A DNA stretch of 64,000 nt from an uncultured Gemmatimonadales bacterium (GCA_963708135.1 OY970192.1:64001-128000), one strand, 5' to 3'. Positions 18,541 to 28,876 are shown, counted from the stretch's first letter. Numbers and translations are program-made. Notes: generated by a model not told the origin, from the sequence alone.

Positions 18541-19275
18541 GTGCCAAGCCAGAAGCGGCGCGCGGCGCAGAAGAAGCCTTCGGGGATGCGGGCCTTCTAC
18601 TGGGTCCTGGCCATCGTCGCGGTGCTCGGCCTCGCCGCGATCGGCTATGCGGTGGCCCGCGGCGGGACCGGCGGCGCCGCGACGAAGCCAGTGACGCTCC
18701 AGGGCGTGGACAACCCGCAGGCGCTCTTCCAGCGCGCGCACCCCGAGGTAGCGGGGAGCTCGGACGCGCCGGTGCGGGTCGTCGTCTTCAGCGACTACAC
18801 CTGTCCCTACTGCGGCCGGTTCGCCTCCGAGGTACAGCCGCAGCTCATGGCGAACGAGGTGAAGGCGGGGAAGGTGCAGATCGTCTATTACGACTTTCCG
18901 CTCGGTGGCACGGGCGAGCACAAGTACTCGTTCCTGTCGGCGCGCGCGGCGCGTTGCGCGGGCGACCAGGGCAAGTTCTGGGAGTACCACGACCTGCTGT
19001 TCGGCCACCAGATGGAGTGGGCCTACGGCGGCGGCTCGCCGGTGAGCGAGTTCGAGCAGTACGGGCAGCAGCTCGGGCTGGATGCCGCGAAGTTCGACGC
19101 CTGCCTGAAGAGCGACGCCCATGCCGATGTCGTCACGGCCGACCACATGCTGGGCGAGCAGCTCGGCATCGACTCGACCCCGACCGTGATCATCAACGAG
19201 CGCCGGGTGCGCAACCCGCTCGACTACAGCGCGTTGCAGGACCTGGTCAAGCAGAGCACCCCGGGCCAGGGATGA
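18541..19275 (+). CDS. DsbA-family thiol:disulfide oxidoreductase
   Basis: N-terminal TM helix, SDYTCPYC, cis-Pro STP; AGGAG RBS. Confidence 0.9.
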   Translation: MPSQKRRAAQKKPSGMRAFYWVLAIVAVLGLAAIGYAVARGGTGGAATKPVTLQGVDNPQALFQRAHPEVAGSSDAPVRVVVFSDYTCPYCGRFASEVQPQLMANEVKAGKVQIVYYDFPLGGTGEHKYSFLSARAARCAGDQGKFWEYHDLLFGHQMEWAYGGGSPVSEFEQYGQQLGLDAAKFDACLKSDAHADVVTADHMLGEQLGIDSTPTVIINERRVRNPLDYSALQDLVKQSTPGQG

Positions 19276-19781
19276 GCGTGGCGGCCGTCCACGCGCGGGA
19301 GCCGCACAGCACGGATGCCGCCACGCCGCCGACCGGCCGCATGGCGATCGCGCTGCTCGCGCTGGCCGGGACGCTCCTGGCCACCTACCTGCTGATGCAC
19401 CGGCTGGGGCTGATCGGAAGCCTGGCGTGCGGCCCCGGCGGGCAGTGTGAGCGCGTGCAGGCCTCGCCCTGGGCCACGTTCCTGGGCGTGCCGGTCCCGC
19501 TCATCGGCGTCTGCGGGTACCTGGCGCTGCTCGTGGTCTCGCTGCTCGGGCTGCGGCCGGACCTCGAGCGCGACCGTCGGATCGGCGGCGCGCTCCTCGG
19601 CATGGCGACGCTGGGCCTGCTCTTCTCGGCCTACCTCACGTGGGCGGAGGCCGCCCGGATCCACGCCTGGTGCCGCTGGTGCCTCGGCTCGGCCGCCATC
19701 GCCACCCTCATCTTCCTCTTCGCCCTCACGGAGATCCCGCGCATGAGCCGCAACGTCCCCGCAGCAGGAGAGGACGCGTGA
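19272..19781 (+). CDS. Vitamin K epoxide reductase (VKOR) family membrane protein
   Basis: ATGA overlap with dsbA; loop C-x5-C..V..S.W; C-terminal WCRWC; four hydrophobic helices. Confidence 0.9.
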   Translation: MSVAAVHAREPHSTDAATPPTGRMAIALLALAGTLLATYLLMHRLGLIGSLACGPGGQCERVQASPWATFLGVPVPLIGVCGYLALLVVSLLGLRPDLERDRRIGGALLGMATLGLLFSAYLTWAEAARIHAWCRWCLGSAAIATLIFLFALTEIPRMSRNVPAAGEDA

Positions 19782-19999
19782 CGGCGACGAGCGCGCCCCG
19801 CGTCGCCGTGCGCCTCGTGTTCGCGGACCGGGGCAGCTTCCATGATCTCATCGTCCAGCTGCCGGCGGACGTGCTCGGCCGCTACGACCGGCTGATCGAC
19901 GCGCTGCGCGAGGACCTCGACGTGACCGCCCAGATCTACGTCGATCCGCGCCGGCTCGTGGCCGCCTACGTGGAGGCGGAGGCACCGGCGGCAGGGTAG
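19778..19999 (+). CDS. Small hypothetical protein (73 aa)
   Basis: GTGA coupling to VKOR; AGGAG RBS; normal codon usage. Confidence 0.7.
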   Translation: MTATSAPRVAVRLVFADRGSFHDLIVQLPADVLGRYDRLIDALREDLDVTAQIYVDPRRLVAAYVEAEAPAAG

Positions 20000-20107
20000 C
20001 GCCAACCCCGGCGCTGCGCCCGGCCATCGAATCCGCCTGCCGGCGCTCCAGGCCCGGGAGGTCCGCGGGGGTTGGACGCGTCGGATCGATCCCGCGGGGA
20101 GGGTGCC

Positions 20108-20794
20108 TCAGGGCCTCTTCGCCGCCGCCGTCTTCGCCGCGATCGCCCGGTCCAGCAGCGTCTTCCACTCGTCGTAGTCCTTCACGCCCACCACCGCCAG
20201 CGTGTCGTTCACGACGAAGCTCGGCGTTCCGCTGATCCGCGAGCCCGCCGCGAAGATGACGTCCTTCAGGATCACCGGCGCCACCCGGTCTCCGGCGTAG
20301 CAGGCGTGGTAGGCCTCATCGGGCACCCCCAGCTCGTGGGCGTCCGCCGCGAAGATCCGCGCCGCGTCCTGCGCGTCGCTCCAGTCCTTCTGCGTGGCGT
20401 AGAGCCGCTCGTGCATCGCCCAGAACCGGTCCGCCACGCCGCCCGCGCACAGCGCCGCCTTGGCCGCCGCCCACGCGTTGGGGTGCATCGGCAGCGGCAG
20501 GTTCACGAACACCCACTGCACCTTGCCCGTGCGGACGTAGGCGCTGTCGATGCGGGGAAAGACCTCGTTGGCGAACCGGCCGCAGAACGGGCACTGGAAG
20601 TCGGCGATCTCGTAGACCACGACCGGCGCGGTCCTTTCCCCCTTCGCCCTGCTGACGGAGGCCTTCTGCACCAGCGCCATGCCGCCGGCCTCTCCGTTCG
20701 TGGCGCTGGTCTGCGCCGCCGCCGGACCGGCCACGGCCGCCGCCGCCAGCGCGGCCAGCGCCGCTATGAGCTTCCCTGACGTTGCCCGGCTCAC
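20108..20794 (-). CDS. Second DsbA-family protein
   Basis: Signal peptide, ADFQCPFC, SGTP; GAGGAG RBS before GTG. Confidence 0.88.
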   Translation of the reverse strand: MSRATSGKLIAALAALAAAAVAGPAAAQTSATNGEAGGMALVQKASVSRAKGERTAPVVVYEIADFQCPFCGRFANEVFPRIDSAYVRTGKVQWVFVNLPLPMHPNAWAAAKAALCAGGVADRFWAMHERLYATQKDWSDAQDAARIFAADAHELGVPDEAYHACYAGDRVAPVILKDVIFAAGSRISGTPSFVVNDTLAVVGVKDYDEWKTLLDRAIAAKTAAAKRP

Positions 20795-20866
20795 GTTCAC
20801 TCCTCTGCTGTCACGGTGCCGACGCACGTACACGCCGGGGACCGTCCGGGTGCCACGCCGGCGGGC

Positions 20867-21463
20867 TCATCCGTTCGACCGGCGCGGGGGCGTGGCGCGC
20901 CCGGCCACGGCTCGCGCCCGCTCGAGCGTCCACGCCCGGACGACCGGCGGCGGCCAGGCGCCCGCCCGGGCCGCGGCGAGCAGCCGGTCCGCCTCGGCAC
21001 GCGCGGCGGCGGCGGTGGCCGGCTCGAGCCAGCCCGCGGCCACGGCGGCATCGAGCTCGTCCTCGTCCAGGATGGCGGCGTGGCCGTCCACGCCGAGCCA
21101 GACGTCGAGGAAGAGATCCGTGGCGTGCCACTCCCGGGGCGAGACCAGGCGCACGGGCTCGAGCACGTTGGCGTAGAAGCCGGTCGGCTCGCCCGCGGCC
21201 GTATGGAAACGGCCGACATCGTGCCAGGCGCCGGGGAAGGTGAACCAGACCACGGGCGAGCCATCCTCGAGCACGGTGCGCCCGTGGACGGTCATCGCGC
21301 GCGGCATCGGCGTGCGCTCGAGAAGCGTGACGATGGCGTCGTCGCCTTGGTGGATCAGCCGCTGAGTGAAGATGTCGAGCCGGTCCGGCGGCCGCAGGTA
21401 GTGGATGCGGACGGTCCCCTCCGGGGGCTCCCCCGCCGGACCCCCATCAGGCGTAGAAGCCAC
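20867..21463 (-). CDS. DUF402-domain protein
   Basis: GFYANV, TDLFLDVW, ILDEDEL..A...GW motifs. Confidence 0.8.
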   Translation of the reverse strand: MASTPDGGPAGEPPEGTVRIHYLRPPDRLDIFTQRLIHQGDDAIVTLLERTPMPRAMTVHGRTVLEDGSPVVWFTFPGAWHDVGRFHTAAGEPTGFYANVLEPVRLVSPREWHATDLFLDVWLGVDGHAAILDEDELDAAVAAGWLEPATAAAARAEADRLLAAARAGAWPPPVVRAWTLERARAVAGRATPPRRSNG

Positions 21464-23612
21464 GGCCTTCCCGGGCGTAGGCGCGGAGCAGCGGCGCGGG
21501 CTCGAAGCGGATCCCGTGCACGAGCTCCTGCCGCAGCGCCTCGAGGCGCGCCAGGATCTCCGCCGTGCCCACCCCGTCCGCCCACCGCAGCAGCCCGCCG
21601 CGGAAGGGCGGGAAGCCGGTGCCCGTGATCAGCCCCAGGTCCACCTCGCCCGGACCGCCCACGATCCCGTCCTCCAGCGCCCGTGCGGCCTCGTTCACCA
21701 TGGTGTAGAGGGCGCGCTGCTGGATGGCTTCCTTCGTCAGGCGACGCCGCTCCGCCGGGACCGTCGCGCCGAGCTCGCCGTAGACGCCGCCATCCACGCT
21801 CAGCTCGCGCCCGTGCTCGTAGCGGTAGAAGCCGAGCCCGCCCTTGCGGCCGAGGCGCGTGGTGCTCTCGATCGCGGTGAGCGGCGGAGCCGGGAGCATG
21901 CGCTCGCCGAATGCCTCGTGGAGGATGGTGGCCACATGTCCCGCCACGTCCAGCCCCACCTCGTCCAGGAGCCGCAGCGGCCCCATTGGCATGCCGAACC
22001 CGAGCAGCGCCCCATCGATCGCCTCCACGGCGGCCCCATCGGCGAGCAGCCAACCGGCCTCGTTCATGTACGGGGCGAGGATGCGGTTGACGAGGAAGCC
22101 GGGGCCGTCGTTCACTAGGAGCGGCGTCTTGTCGAGCTTGCGCGTGGCGGCGAAGACCGTCGCCAGCGCCGCCTCGGCGGTCCGGCCGCCCCGCACGATC
22201 TCGACCAGGGGCATCCGGCTCACGGGATTGAAGAAGTGCATCCCGCAGAAGTCCTGCGGCCGCTCGAGCGCCTCCTGCATCTCGGTGATGGACAGCGCGG
22301 AGGTGTTCGACGTAAGGACGGTTCCCGCGCGCACGCGGGCCTCCACCTCCGCCAGCACCCGTTTCTTCACGTCCATCCGCTCCACCACCGCCTCGATCAC
22401 CAGATCGAGGGTGCCGAAGCCCGAGTAGTCCAGCGTGGGCGAGATGGCGCGCATCCGCTGCGCGGCCTCCGCGGGACGGAGGCGGCGGCGCTTCGCCAGC
22501 TTGTCGAACAGCTCGCGCGCGGTGCGCAGGCCGTGGCCGATCGCATCCGCGCGGATGTCCTTCAGGCGCACCGCCAGCCCGCGGTACGCCAGCAGCTGCG
22601 CGATACCGCCGCCCATGACGCCGGCGCCCAGCACGCCCACGCGCTCGACGGGGCGGGGCTCCGCCGCCGGCGCCGCCTTCTTGGCGGCTTCCATCAGGTG
22701 GAAGACGTGGATCAGGTTCTTCGAGACCGGTGTGACCACGAGGCGGCCGAGCGCGCGCGCCTCCTCGCGCAGCGCGGGCTCGACGTCCATGTCGATCGTC
22801 TTCTCGATGGTATCGAGGGCGGTCAGCGGGGCGGGGTAGTGGCCGCGCGTTTCCTTCTCGACCTGCTTGCGCGCCTGACGGAAGACGAGGCGCCGGCCGA
22901 GCGCGTTCCCCTCGAGGAGCGCACCGGTCAGGCCGCGGCTCGGGCGGGGGGGCGGGGGGCGCCGCCCCAGCCGCTCGGTGGCCCAGGCGTCCGCACGCTC
23001 ATCGAGAATCGCCGCGTGCACCCGCTCGTCCACCAGCCCGATCCGCTGCGCCTTGCGCGCATCCACCGGCCGCCCCGTCAGGATCAGCGGAAGCGCGTTG
23101 CGGAGCCCCACCAGCCGGGGCAGGCGGACCGTGCCGCCGAAGCCCGGCAGGATGCCGAGCTGGACCTCGGGCAGCCCGATGCGCGTCTCTGGCGCGTCCG
23201 CCGCGATGCGGTGGTCGCATGCCAGGATCAGCTCCGTCCCGCCGCCCAGGCAGATCCCGCCCACGGCCGCCACGGTCGGGATCGGCAGCGCGGCGACGCG
23301 CGAGAGCACCCGCTGCCCCTCCCGCGAGCCCGCCTCGCCATCCGCCGGGTCCGTGATCGACGCGATCTCGTCCACGTCCGCCCCGGCGATGAACATCCGC
23401 GGCTTGCCGCTGCGGATGACCAGCGCCCGGATCCGCGCCTCGCGGGCGGCCGCCTCGATCTCGTCCAGCAGCGCATCCAGACGGCTCATGACGCCGCTCG
23501 TCAGGATGTTGGCCCGGCTGTCCGGGCGGTCGAAGGTCAGCCGGGCGAGGCCCGTTCCGTCCACCTCCAGCCGCAGCGCCGCGCGATCGACTTCCCGCAC
23601 CACCGTCTCCAT
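21447..23612 (-). CDS. fadJ: Fatty acid oxidation complex alpha subunit (enoyl-CoA hydratase / 3-hydroxyacyl-CoA dehydrogenase)
   Basis: FIAGAD, LGGGTE, GLPEVQLGILPGFGGT, GAGVMGGGIA, SNTSAL, GMHFFNP, GFLVNR. Confidence 0.9.
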   Translation of the reverse strand: METVVREVDRAALRLEVDGTGLARLTFDRPDSRANILTSGVMSRLDALLDEIEAAAREARIRALVIRSGKPRMFIAGADVDEIASITDPADGEAGSREGQRVLSRVAALPIPTVAAVGGICLGGGTELILACDHRIAADAPETRIGLPEVQLGILPGFGGTVRLPRLVGLRNALPLILTGRPVDARKAQRIGLVDERVHAAILDERADAWATERLGRRPPPPRPSRGLTGALLEGNALGRRLVFRQARKQVEKETRGHYPAPLTALDTIEKTIDMDVEPALREEARALGRLVVTPVSKNLIHVFHLMEAAKKAAPAAEPRPVERVGVLGAGVMGGGIAQLLAYRGLAVRLKDIRADAIGHGLRTARELFDKLAKRRRLRPAEAAQRMRAISPTLDYSGFGTLDLVIEAVVERMDVKKRVLAEVEARVRAGTVLTSNTSALSITEMQEALERPQDFCGMHFFNPVSRMPLVEIVRGGRTAEAALATVFAATRKLDKTPLLVNDGPGFLVNRILAPYMNEAGWLLADGAAVEAIDGALLGFGMPMGPLRLLDEVGLDVAGHVATILHEAFGERMLPAPPLTAIESTTRLGRKGGLGFYRYEHGRELSVDGGVYGELGATVPAERRRLTKEAIQQRALYTMVNEAARALEDGIVGGPGEVDLGLITGTGFPPFRGGLLRWADGVGTAEILARLEALRQELVHGIRFEPAPLLRAYAREGRGFYA

Positions 23613-23677
23613 GCGTCCTCCCGCTCCGCGTGCGCGCCGCCAGGCCGGCGCCCGCCCCGCCGGGCGTCCTCCGGAAG

Positions 23678-24979
23678 CTACCGGTGCGATGGAAGGTGAT
23701 CAACCGGGTCGGGTCCCGCTCCGGCCGGCTCCAACGCCGGTCCCAGCACGGCCACGGCCGGCTCGCCGAGCTCCAGCGCCGCCCTGCGCAGCCGTGCCGG
23801 CGTGAGCGCGTCGATCCGTGCCTCGAGGGCGGTGTAGGCCTGGTCGAAGAAGAGGCGGTCCGCGGCCTCGCCGGCGCGCGCCTCGGGCGTCTCCACCGAG
23901 AGCAGCCGCTCGCCGCGATAGCGCCGCAGCAGCCGGCCGAACGCGCCCGCCTCCGCCGGCGCGTCCGCCATCGCCCGCACCTCGTCGCGCACCGTGGCGG
24001 TCCACCGCCTCGCGCTCTCCGGGCTGGTGACCAGGTAGACGACCAGGAGCCCGCCGCCCCCGAAGCGCTCGACCCGCGCCGCGGCATCGAAGATGTCCGG
24101 CCGCGCGGCGGACGGGCGCACGGCGTCGAGGACCCGGAACGCGAGCAGACGCAGCGCTTCGTCGTCCAGTCGCGCCGCCAGTGGAAACGCCATCCCCACG
24201 AACGCGGTGACCGTGGGGCTCTCGATCGTGCGCGTGCCCGCGATCGGCGGCGTGCGCGGCACCGGCAGCAGGATCGGCAGGCCGACGTCGCCGAGGCGGG
24301 CGCGGACGAGCGAGTCCGCCTCGGCCCGGTGCACCGGCCCGAGCACCGCGGCGGTCATGCGCGTGGGCGTGAAGCGCCGCTGGGCGGTTCGCTGAACGGT
24401 CTGGACATCGAGCGAGTCGATGCTGCCCGGCCGGCCGCAGCCGTCCCGAGCCCACGGGCTCTCGGTGCCGAAGAGCGCCTGGTGGAGAACCGCGCGCACC
24501 TCGAGCGCCGGATCGCCTTCCGCGAAGCGCAGACCGCGCAGCAGCTCAGAGCGCGCCCGCTCGAACGCCCCCGGCTCGATGCGCGGCTGGAGCAGCGCAT
24601 CGAAGAGGAGCTCGGCGGCGAGCACCCACGTGGATGGCGGGGCGAGGAGTCTCACGCGCAGTGCCGCCCGGCCGCATTCGACGCTCGCCGTCGCGCCCAG
24701 CGCATCCAGCGTCGGACGCACCCCCTCCAGCGCCGCCCGCGCCGCCAGGAGCGACGCACCCGCCTCGGCCGCCTGCTCCCACGCCGCGCCCGCGTTCACG
24801 TCGAGCGCGAGGGCCACGACGGGCGTGTGCGGCGCGGGCAGCACGACAACGCGCGACTGCGCGCGCGCCGGGCGCGCGCCCGACACCAGGAGCGCCAGGA
24901 GCGCCAGGAGCGCCGCCGGTGCCCACGCGCGCCGCCGTCCGGACGCGCCGCCGCGTACCTGAGCGCCGCCGATTCTCAC
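23678..24979 (-). CDS. M16 (insulinase)-like secreted protein lacking HXXEH
   Basis: GTG overlaps the upstream stop; PVVALALDVNAGAAWE..AGASLLA, SIDSLDV..VQ, FTPTRMTAAVLG. Confidence 0.75.
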   Translation of the reverse strand: MRIGGAQVRGGASGRRRAWAPAALLALLALLVSGARPARAQSRVVVLPAPHTPVVALALDVNAGAAWEQAAEAGASLLAARAALEGVRPTLDALGATASVECGRAALRVRLLAPPSTWVLAAELLFDALLQPRIEPGAFERARSELLRGLRFAEGDPALEVRAVLHQALFGTESPWARDGCGRPGSIDSLDVQTVQRTAQRRFTPTRMTAAVLGPVHRAEADSLVRARLGDVGLPILLPVPRTPPIAGTRTIESPTVTAFVGMAFPLAARLDDEALRLLAFRVLDAVRPSAARPDIFDAAARVERFGGGGLLVVYLVTSPESARRWTATVRDEVRAMADAPAEAGAFGRLLRRYRGERLLSVETPEARAGEAADRLFFDQAYTALEARIDALTPARLRRAALELGEPAVAVLGPALEPAGAGPDPVDHLPSHR

Positions 24980-26316
24980 GGCCGCAGCTCCACGCGCACC
25001 GGCCGGGCGGCCAGGAGCGCATCGAGCACGCGCTGCACCTCCTCCGTGCCGACCGTCTGGAGCGCGCGCAGCATGGCCTGGCCCGCGCCGGGATCTCCCG
25101 TCCGGTCCAGGAAGCCGCCCAGATACTCGGCCAGCCCGGAGGGGGTGCGCGCCGCGAGCAGCGCGTCCCGGGAGAGCTCCCGTGCCGCCCGGGCCACGGC
25201 ATCCGGCGTGGCCGTCCGGTCCGCGTTCCGCAGCGCGTTCCGGAGCTCGAGCTCGGCGTGCGCCGCCGCGCTGTCCGGCTCGCCGGGCGCCGCCGCCGCG
25301 CTCGAGCGAGCCCCGGCGAGCAGCGCGATCGCCCGGTGCCCGCCCTGCCACCAGAGCTCGGCCGTCGGGTCCCGCAGATCGGTGCCGCGGAGCTGCCGCG
25401 CCACCAGCCGTGCCGCCACGGCCAGCGCCGCCTCCGACGCGTCCGTTGGCGCGTCGAGCCCCGCCGCAAGCCATGGACCGAGCAGCTGCGGCGCCGCCAC
25501 GCCTTCCTCCACCTCCGGCCGCGCCGCGCCGGGAGCGGCGGGCGGGGCCGGTGTCCAGTCCGCGAGCGTCGCGGCCACCGTTTCCACCCGAACCCCCCCG
25601 GCCACCACCACCGCCAGCCGCTCCGGCCGGAACACGCGTCGCCGGAAGGCCTCGAGCGTGGCGGGCGTGAGCGTCGAGTCCACGATCACGCCATCCGCCG
25701 CCGAAAGGTCCGGGAACAGCGCCGCGCGCAGGCGCGCCCGGAGGAGCGGCGCCGGCGTCTCCCGCACGGCTCGCTCCGCCTCCGCCGTGCGCAGCCGCGC
25801 CACCTCGAGCGCGCCGGCGTCCGCCCGGGGGGGATCCAGCGCGTCCCCCAGCAGCCGGAGCATGGCCGGCAGGTCGCGCGCCGCGCCCGTCAGTGCGTAG
25901 ATCGCGTGCGTCGGCGTCACGCGCAGCCGCAGCGTGGCGCCCAGTGCCGTCGCGCCCGCCTCCAGCCGCGGCCGCGCGAGCCGCTGCAGCACGGCGGCGA
26001 CCGGCTCCGGCCTCCCCGTCCCGGCCAGCCCCACCGAGACCCGCACCGCCGCGAGCGGCTCCTCCGGCTGCGGGAACACCACCACGGTCCCCGCGGCAGG
26101 CTCGGCCCGGACCACCAGCCGCCCCGGCAGCGTGTCCTGAAGGGGGGACGGCGTGAGTGCCGCGGCCCAGGACGGGAACGCCGCGCACCACGCGAGCAGG
26201 AGCAGCGCCAGCGACGCGGGACGCGCGGCGGGCAAAGAAAAAGGCGCCGCGAGCGGCGCCGATCCGGGCGTGAGGGAGCGGTGGGCGGGCGCGCCTGCGC
26301 CTCCGGCGGCGCTCAT
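24976..26316 (-). CDS. M16 (insulinase)-like secreted protein lacking HXXEH
   Basis: Coupled to metG (ATGA); LTPATLEAFRRRVFRPERLAVVVAG; LQTVGTEEVQRV. Confidence 0.7.
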   Translation of the reverse strand: MSAAGGAGAPAHRSLTPGSAPLAAPFSLPAARPASLALLLLAWCAAFPSWAAALTPSPLQDTLPGRLVVRAEPAAGTVVVFPQPEEPLAAVRVSVGLAGTGRPEPVAAVLQRLARPRLEAGATALGATLRLRVTPTHAIYALTGAARDLPAMLRLLGDALDPPRADAGALEVARLRTAEAERAVRETPAPLLRARLRAALFPDLSAADGVIVDSTLTPATLEAFRRRVFRPERLAVVVAGGVRVETVAATLADWTPAPPAAPGAARPEVEEGVAAPQLLGPWLAAGLDAPTDASEAALAVAARLVARQLRGTDLRDPTAELWWQGGHRAIALLAGARSSAAAAPGEPDSAAAHAELELRNALRNADRTATPDAVARAARELSRDALLAARTPSGLAEYLGGFLDRTGDPGAGQAMLRALQTVGTEEVQRVLDALLAARPVRVELRP

Positions 26317-27830
26317 TCGGGACGGGGGAAGAGGACGTCGCCCCGGTGCACGCCGCGCCCGGCGAGGTCCAGGCTGGCGAGCGCGTCGAGCGGCGGGACG
26401 TCCTCGAGCCCCAGCCGGTGCGCCAGCGCCCGCATCTTCACCGGCATGAACGGCTCGAGCATCGCCGCCAGCGTGGCCAGGGCGCGGGCCAGCCCCCCGA
26501 GCGTCGCGTCCAGCGCATCCGCCTGCGCGGGGTCCCTGGCCTGCGCCCAGGGGGCGCGCTCCCCCACGAAGGCGTTGGCCGCATCCGCCAGCTCGATGGC
26601 CGCCGCGGCGCCGTGCTGGAGCAGGTTCGCGTCCATGGCGGAGCGGTAGCGTACGATGCCGACCGCGATTGCCTCGTCCAGCGAGACGCGCTCGCCCTCC
26701 GGCACCCGCCCCTCCCGGTAGCGCTCGATCATCGAGAGGATGCGGTTGGCCAGGTTGCCGAGGTTATTGGCCAGGTCCGCCGTGTAGCGCTCGTCGAAGC
26801 GCTCGAGCGAGATCTCGCCATCGCCGTTCCACGGCACCTCGCGCACCAGGAAGTAGCGTAGCGCATCCGGCCCGTAACGCTCGATCATGGCGTCCAGCTC
26901 GAGGGTCACGCCCTCCGACTTCGACATCTTGCCGCCCCCGACCGTCACGAAGCCATGGGCCCAGACGCTCTTCGGCAGCTCCACCTCCGCGCTCATGAGC
27001 ATCGCCGGCCAGAGGATGCAGTGGAAGCGGGTGATGTCCTTGCCGATGACGTGGTAGTCCGCGGGCCACAGGTCGCGGTAGCTATCGTCGGGGAAGCCGG
27101 TTGCCGTGAGGTAGTTGGTGAGCGCGTCCGGCCAGACGTAGGCCGTGTGGTCCGGATCGCCTGGCCAGGGGATGCCCCACGGGAGGTTCGCGCGCGAGAA
27201 GGAGGTGTCGTCCAGGCCGCCCTCGATCATGCGCCGCACCTCGTTGCGGCGGCTCTCCGGCTGCACGAACTCCGGCCGCTCATCGAGCAGCTTGAGCAGC
27301 CGCTCCTGGTAGCGCGAGAGGCGGAAGAACCAGTTGCTCTCCTCCGTCCATACCGCCTCCCGCGTCGGGTGGATCGGACAGCGCAGCGTGCCGGCCTCGT
27401 CCGGCACAAGCTCCTCCCCCCGCTTGAACGCTTCGCACCCCACGCAGTAGTAGCCCTCGTAGCGCCCCTTGTAGAGGTCTCCCGCCGCCTCCATCCGAGC
27501 GATCATCGCCAGCACCGCGCGCCGGTGGCGCGGCTCGGTGGTCCGGATGAAGTCGTCCCGGCTGATCGCGAGCCGGTCCCACGCTGCCTCGAACGCAGCG
27601 GCGATCCGCTCCACCCACTCCGCAGGGGTGACGCCCGCCGCCTCCGCGCTCTGCAGCACCTTCAACCCGTGCTCGTCGATGCCCATCACGAAGTACACCG
27701 GCTCGCCCTTCAACCGGTGGTAGCGGGCCATGGCGTCCGCACCGATCTTCTCCAGCGCGTGCCCCATGTGCGGTGCGCCGTTGGCGTAGTCGATCGCCGT
27801 CGTGATGTAGAACGGCTTGGGAGCGCTCAC
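26313..27830 (-). CDS. metG: Methionine--tRNA ligase (short form)
   Basis: YITTAIDYANGAPHMGH, GIDEHG, GKDI.RFH, KMSKS. Confidence 0.96.
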   Translation of the reverse strand: MSAPKPFYITTAIDYANGAPHMGHALEKIGADAMARYHRLKGEPVYFVMGIDEHGLKVLQSAEAAGVTPAEWVERIAAAFEAAWDRLAISRDDFIRTTEPRHRRAVLAMIARMEAAGDLYKGRYEGYYCVGCEAFKRGEELVPDEAGTLRCPIHPTREAVWTEESNWFFRLSRYQERLLKLLDERPEFVQPESRRNEVRRMIEGGLDDTSFSRANLPWGIPWPGDPDHTAYVWPDALTNYLTATGFPDDSYRDLWPADYHVIGKDITRFHCILWPAMLMSAEVELPKSVWAHGFVTVGGGKMSKSEGVTLELDAMIERYGPDALRYFLVREVPWNGDGEISLERFDERYTADLANNLGNLANRILSMIERYREGRVPEGERVSLDEAIAVGIVRYRSAMDANLLQHGAAAAIELADAANAFVGERAPWAQARDPAQADALDATLGGLARALATLAAMLEPFMPVKMRALAHRLGLEDVPPLDALASLDLAGRGVHRGDVLFPRPE

Positions 27831-28789
27831 TCGCGCGACCTCTCGCCGCCGCCGCGCGGGCCCCGGCCGTTGCCGTCGCCCCGATCGCGCCCGCCGCCCG
27901 AGCGGCCCCGCTCCTCCCGGTCGCGCCCAGTTCGGCCGCCGCCCCGCTCCGGCTCCGACCCCGCCCGCGCGACCTCCCCCTTCAGCTCCGCGAGCTCGAT
28001 CGTGCGCCGGTTGCCCTCCTCATCCTTGAGCAGCACGCGCTCGCGCCAGATGTCCACGCTCACCACCCGCTCCCGGCCCTGCCCGGTGTTCAGCGTCTTC
28101 CCCTCGCGCGGGAACTTCTTCCGCGCCTGCACGTACGCCTCGTGCTCGTAGGTCAGGCAGCACATGAGGCGGCCGCAGCATCCCGAGATCTGCGCCGGAT
28201 TCAGCGACAGCCGCTGGTCCTTGGCCAGCTGCAGGCTCACCGGCTTCAGCTCCCGCAGCCACGTCGAGCAGCACAGCTCCCGGCCGCACCGACCCACGCC
28301 CCCGAGCAGCGCCGCCTCGTCCCGCACGCCGATCTGCTTCAGCTCGATTCGCGTCCGAAACGTCCGCGCCAGCTCGCGCACCAGCTCGCGGAAGTCAACA
28401 CGCCGCTCGGCCGTGAAATAGATCGTCAGCTTGTTGCGGTCGAACTGCCACTCCGCCTCGCTGACCTTCATCTTGAGCCCGAACTGCAGCACCTTCTCCC
28501 GCGCCACCCGCCGCACCCGCGGCTCGTCCGCCCGTAGCGTGACCGCCCGCTTCACCTCGTCCTCGCGCGCCGGGCGCAGCACCCGCTTCTCCGGCACCGG
28601 CGCCGCGCAACCGGTCGCGCACCCCGAGCACTTCCGCTCCGCAATGGCGCCGTACGCCGTGACCAGGCCGAGATCCTCTCCGCGGTCCGCCTCGACCAGC
28701 ACGAAATCCTGCACGTCAACCCCGACCGCCTCGCTGCGGTAGTAATCGCGGCGGTTTCCCTTGAAGCTGACTTCCAATATCTGACTCAT
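27827..28789 (-). CDS. PSP1-domain protein (RicT/YaaT-like)
   Basis: EVSFKGNR, YFTAERRVDFRELV, GRCGRELCC, ISGCCGRLMCCLTYE. Confidence 0.92.
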   Translation of the reverse strand: MSQILEVSFKGNRRDYYRSEAVGVDVQDFVLVEADRGEDLGLVTAYGAIAERKCSGCATGCAAPVPEKRVLRPAREDEVKRAVTLRADEPRVRRVAREKVLQFGLKMKVSEAEWQFDRNKLTIYFTAERRVDFRELVRELARTFRTRIELKQIGVRDEAALLGGVGRCGRELCCSTWLRELKPVSLQLAKDQRLSLNPAQISGCCGRLMCCLTYEHEAYVQARKKFPREGKTLNTGQGRERVVSVDIWRERVLLKDEEGNRRTIELAELKGEVARAGSEPERGGGRTGRDREERGRSGGGRDRGDGNGRGPRGGGERSRE

Positions 28790-28876
28790 GATACCGGCTC
28801 GGTTCTCATGGTTCGGGGGCGGCGATGCGGGCGGACGACGCTCCGCCGGAGCACCCGCCACAGCGGGCGCGGCCCC

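Noticed and set aside
24886..24914. 9-bp tandem repeat (CCAGGAGCG)x3
   Set aside because: Encodes the ALLALLALL signal-peptide core and is in frame, so it is not a phase-variation switch
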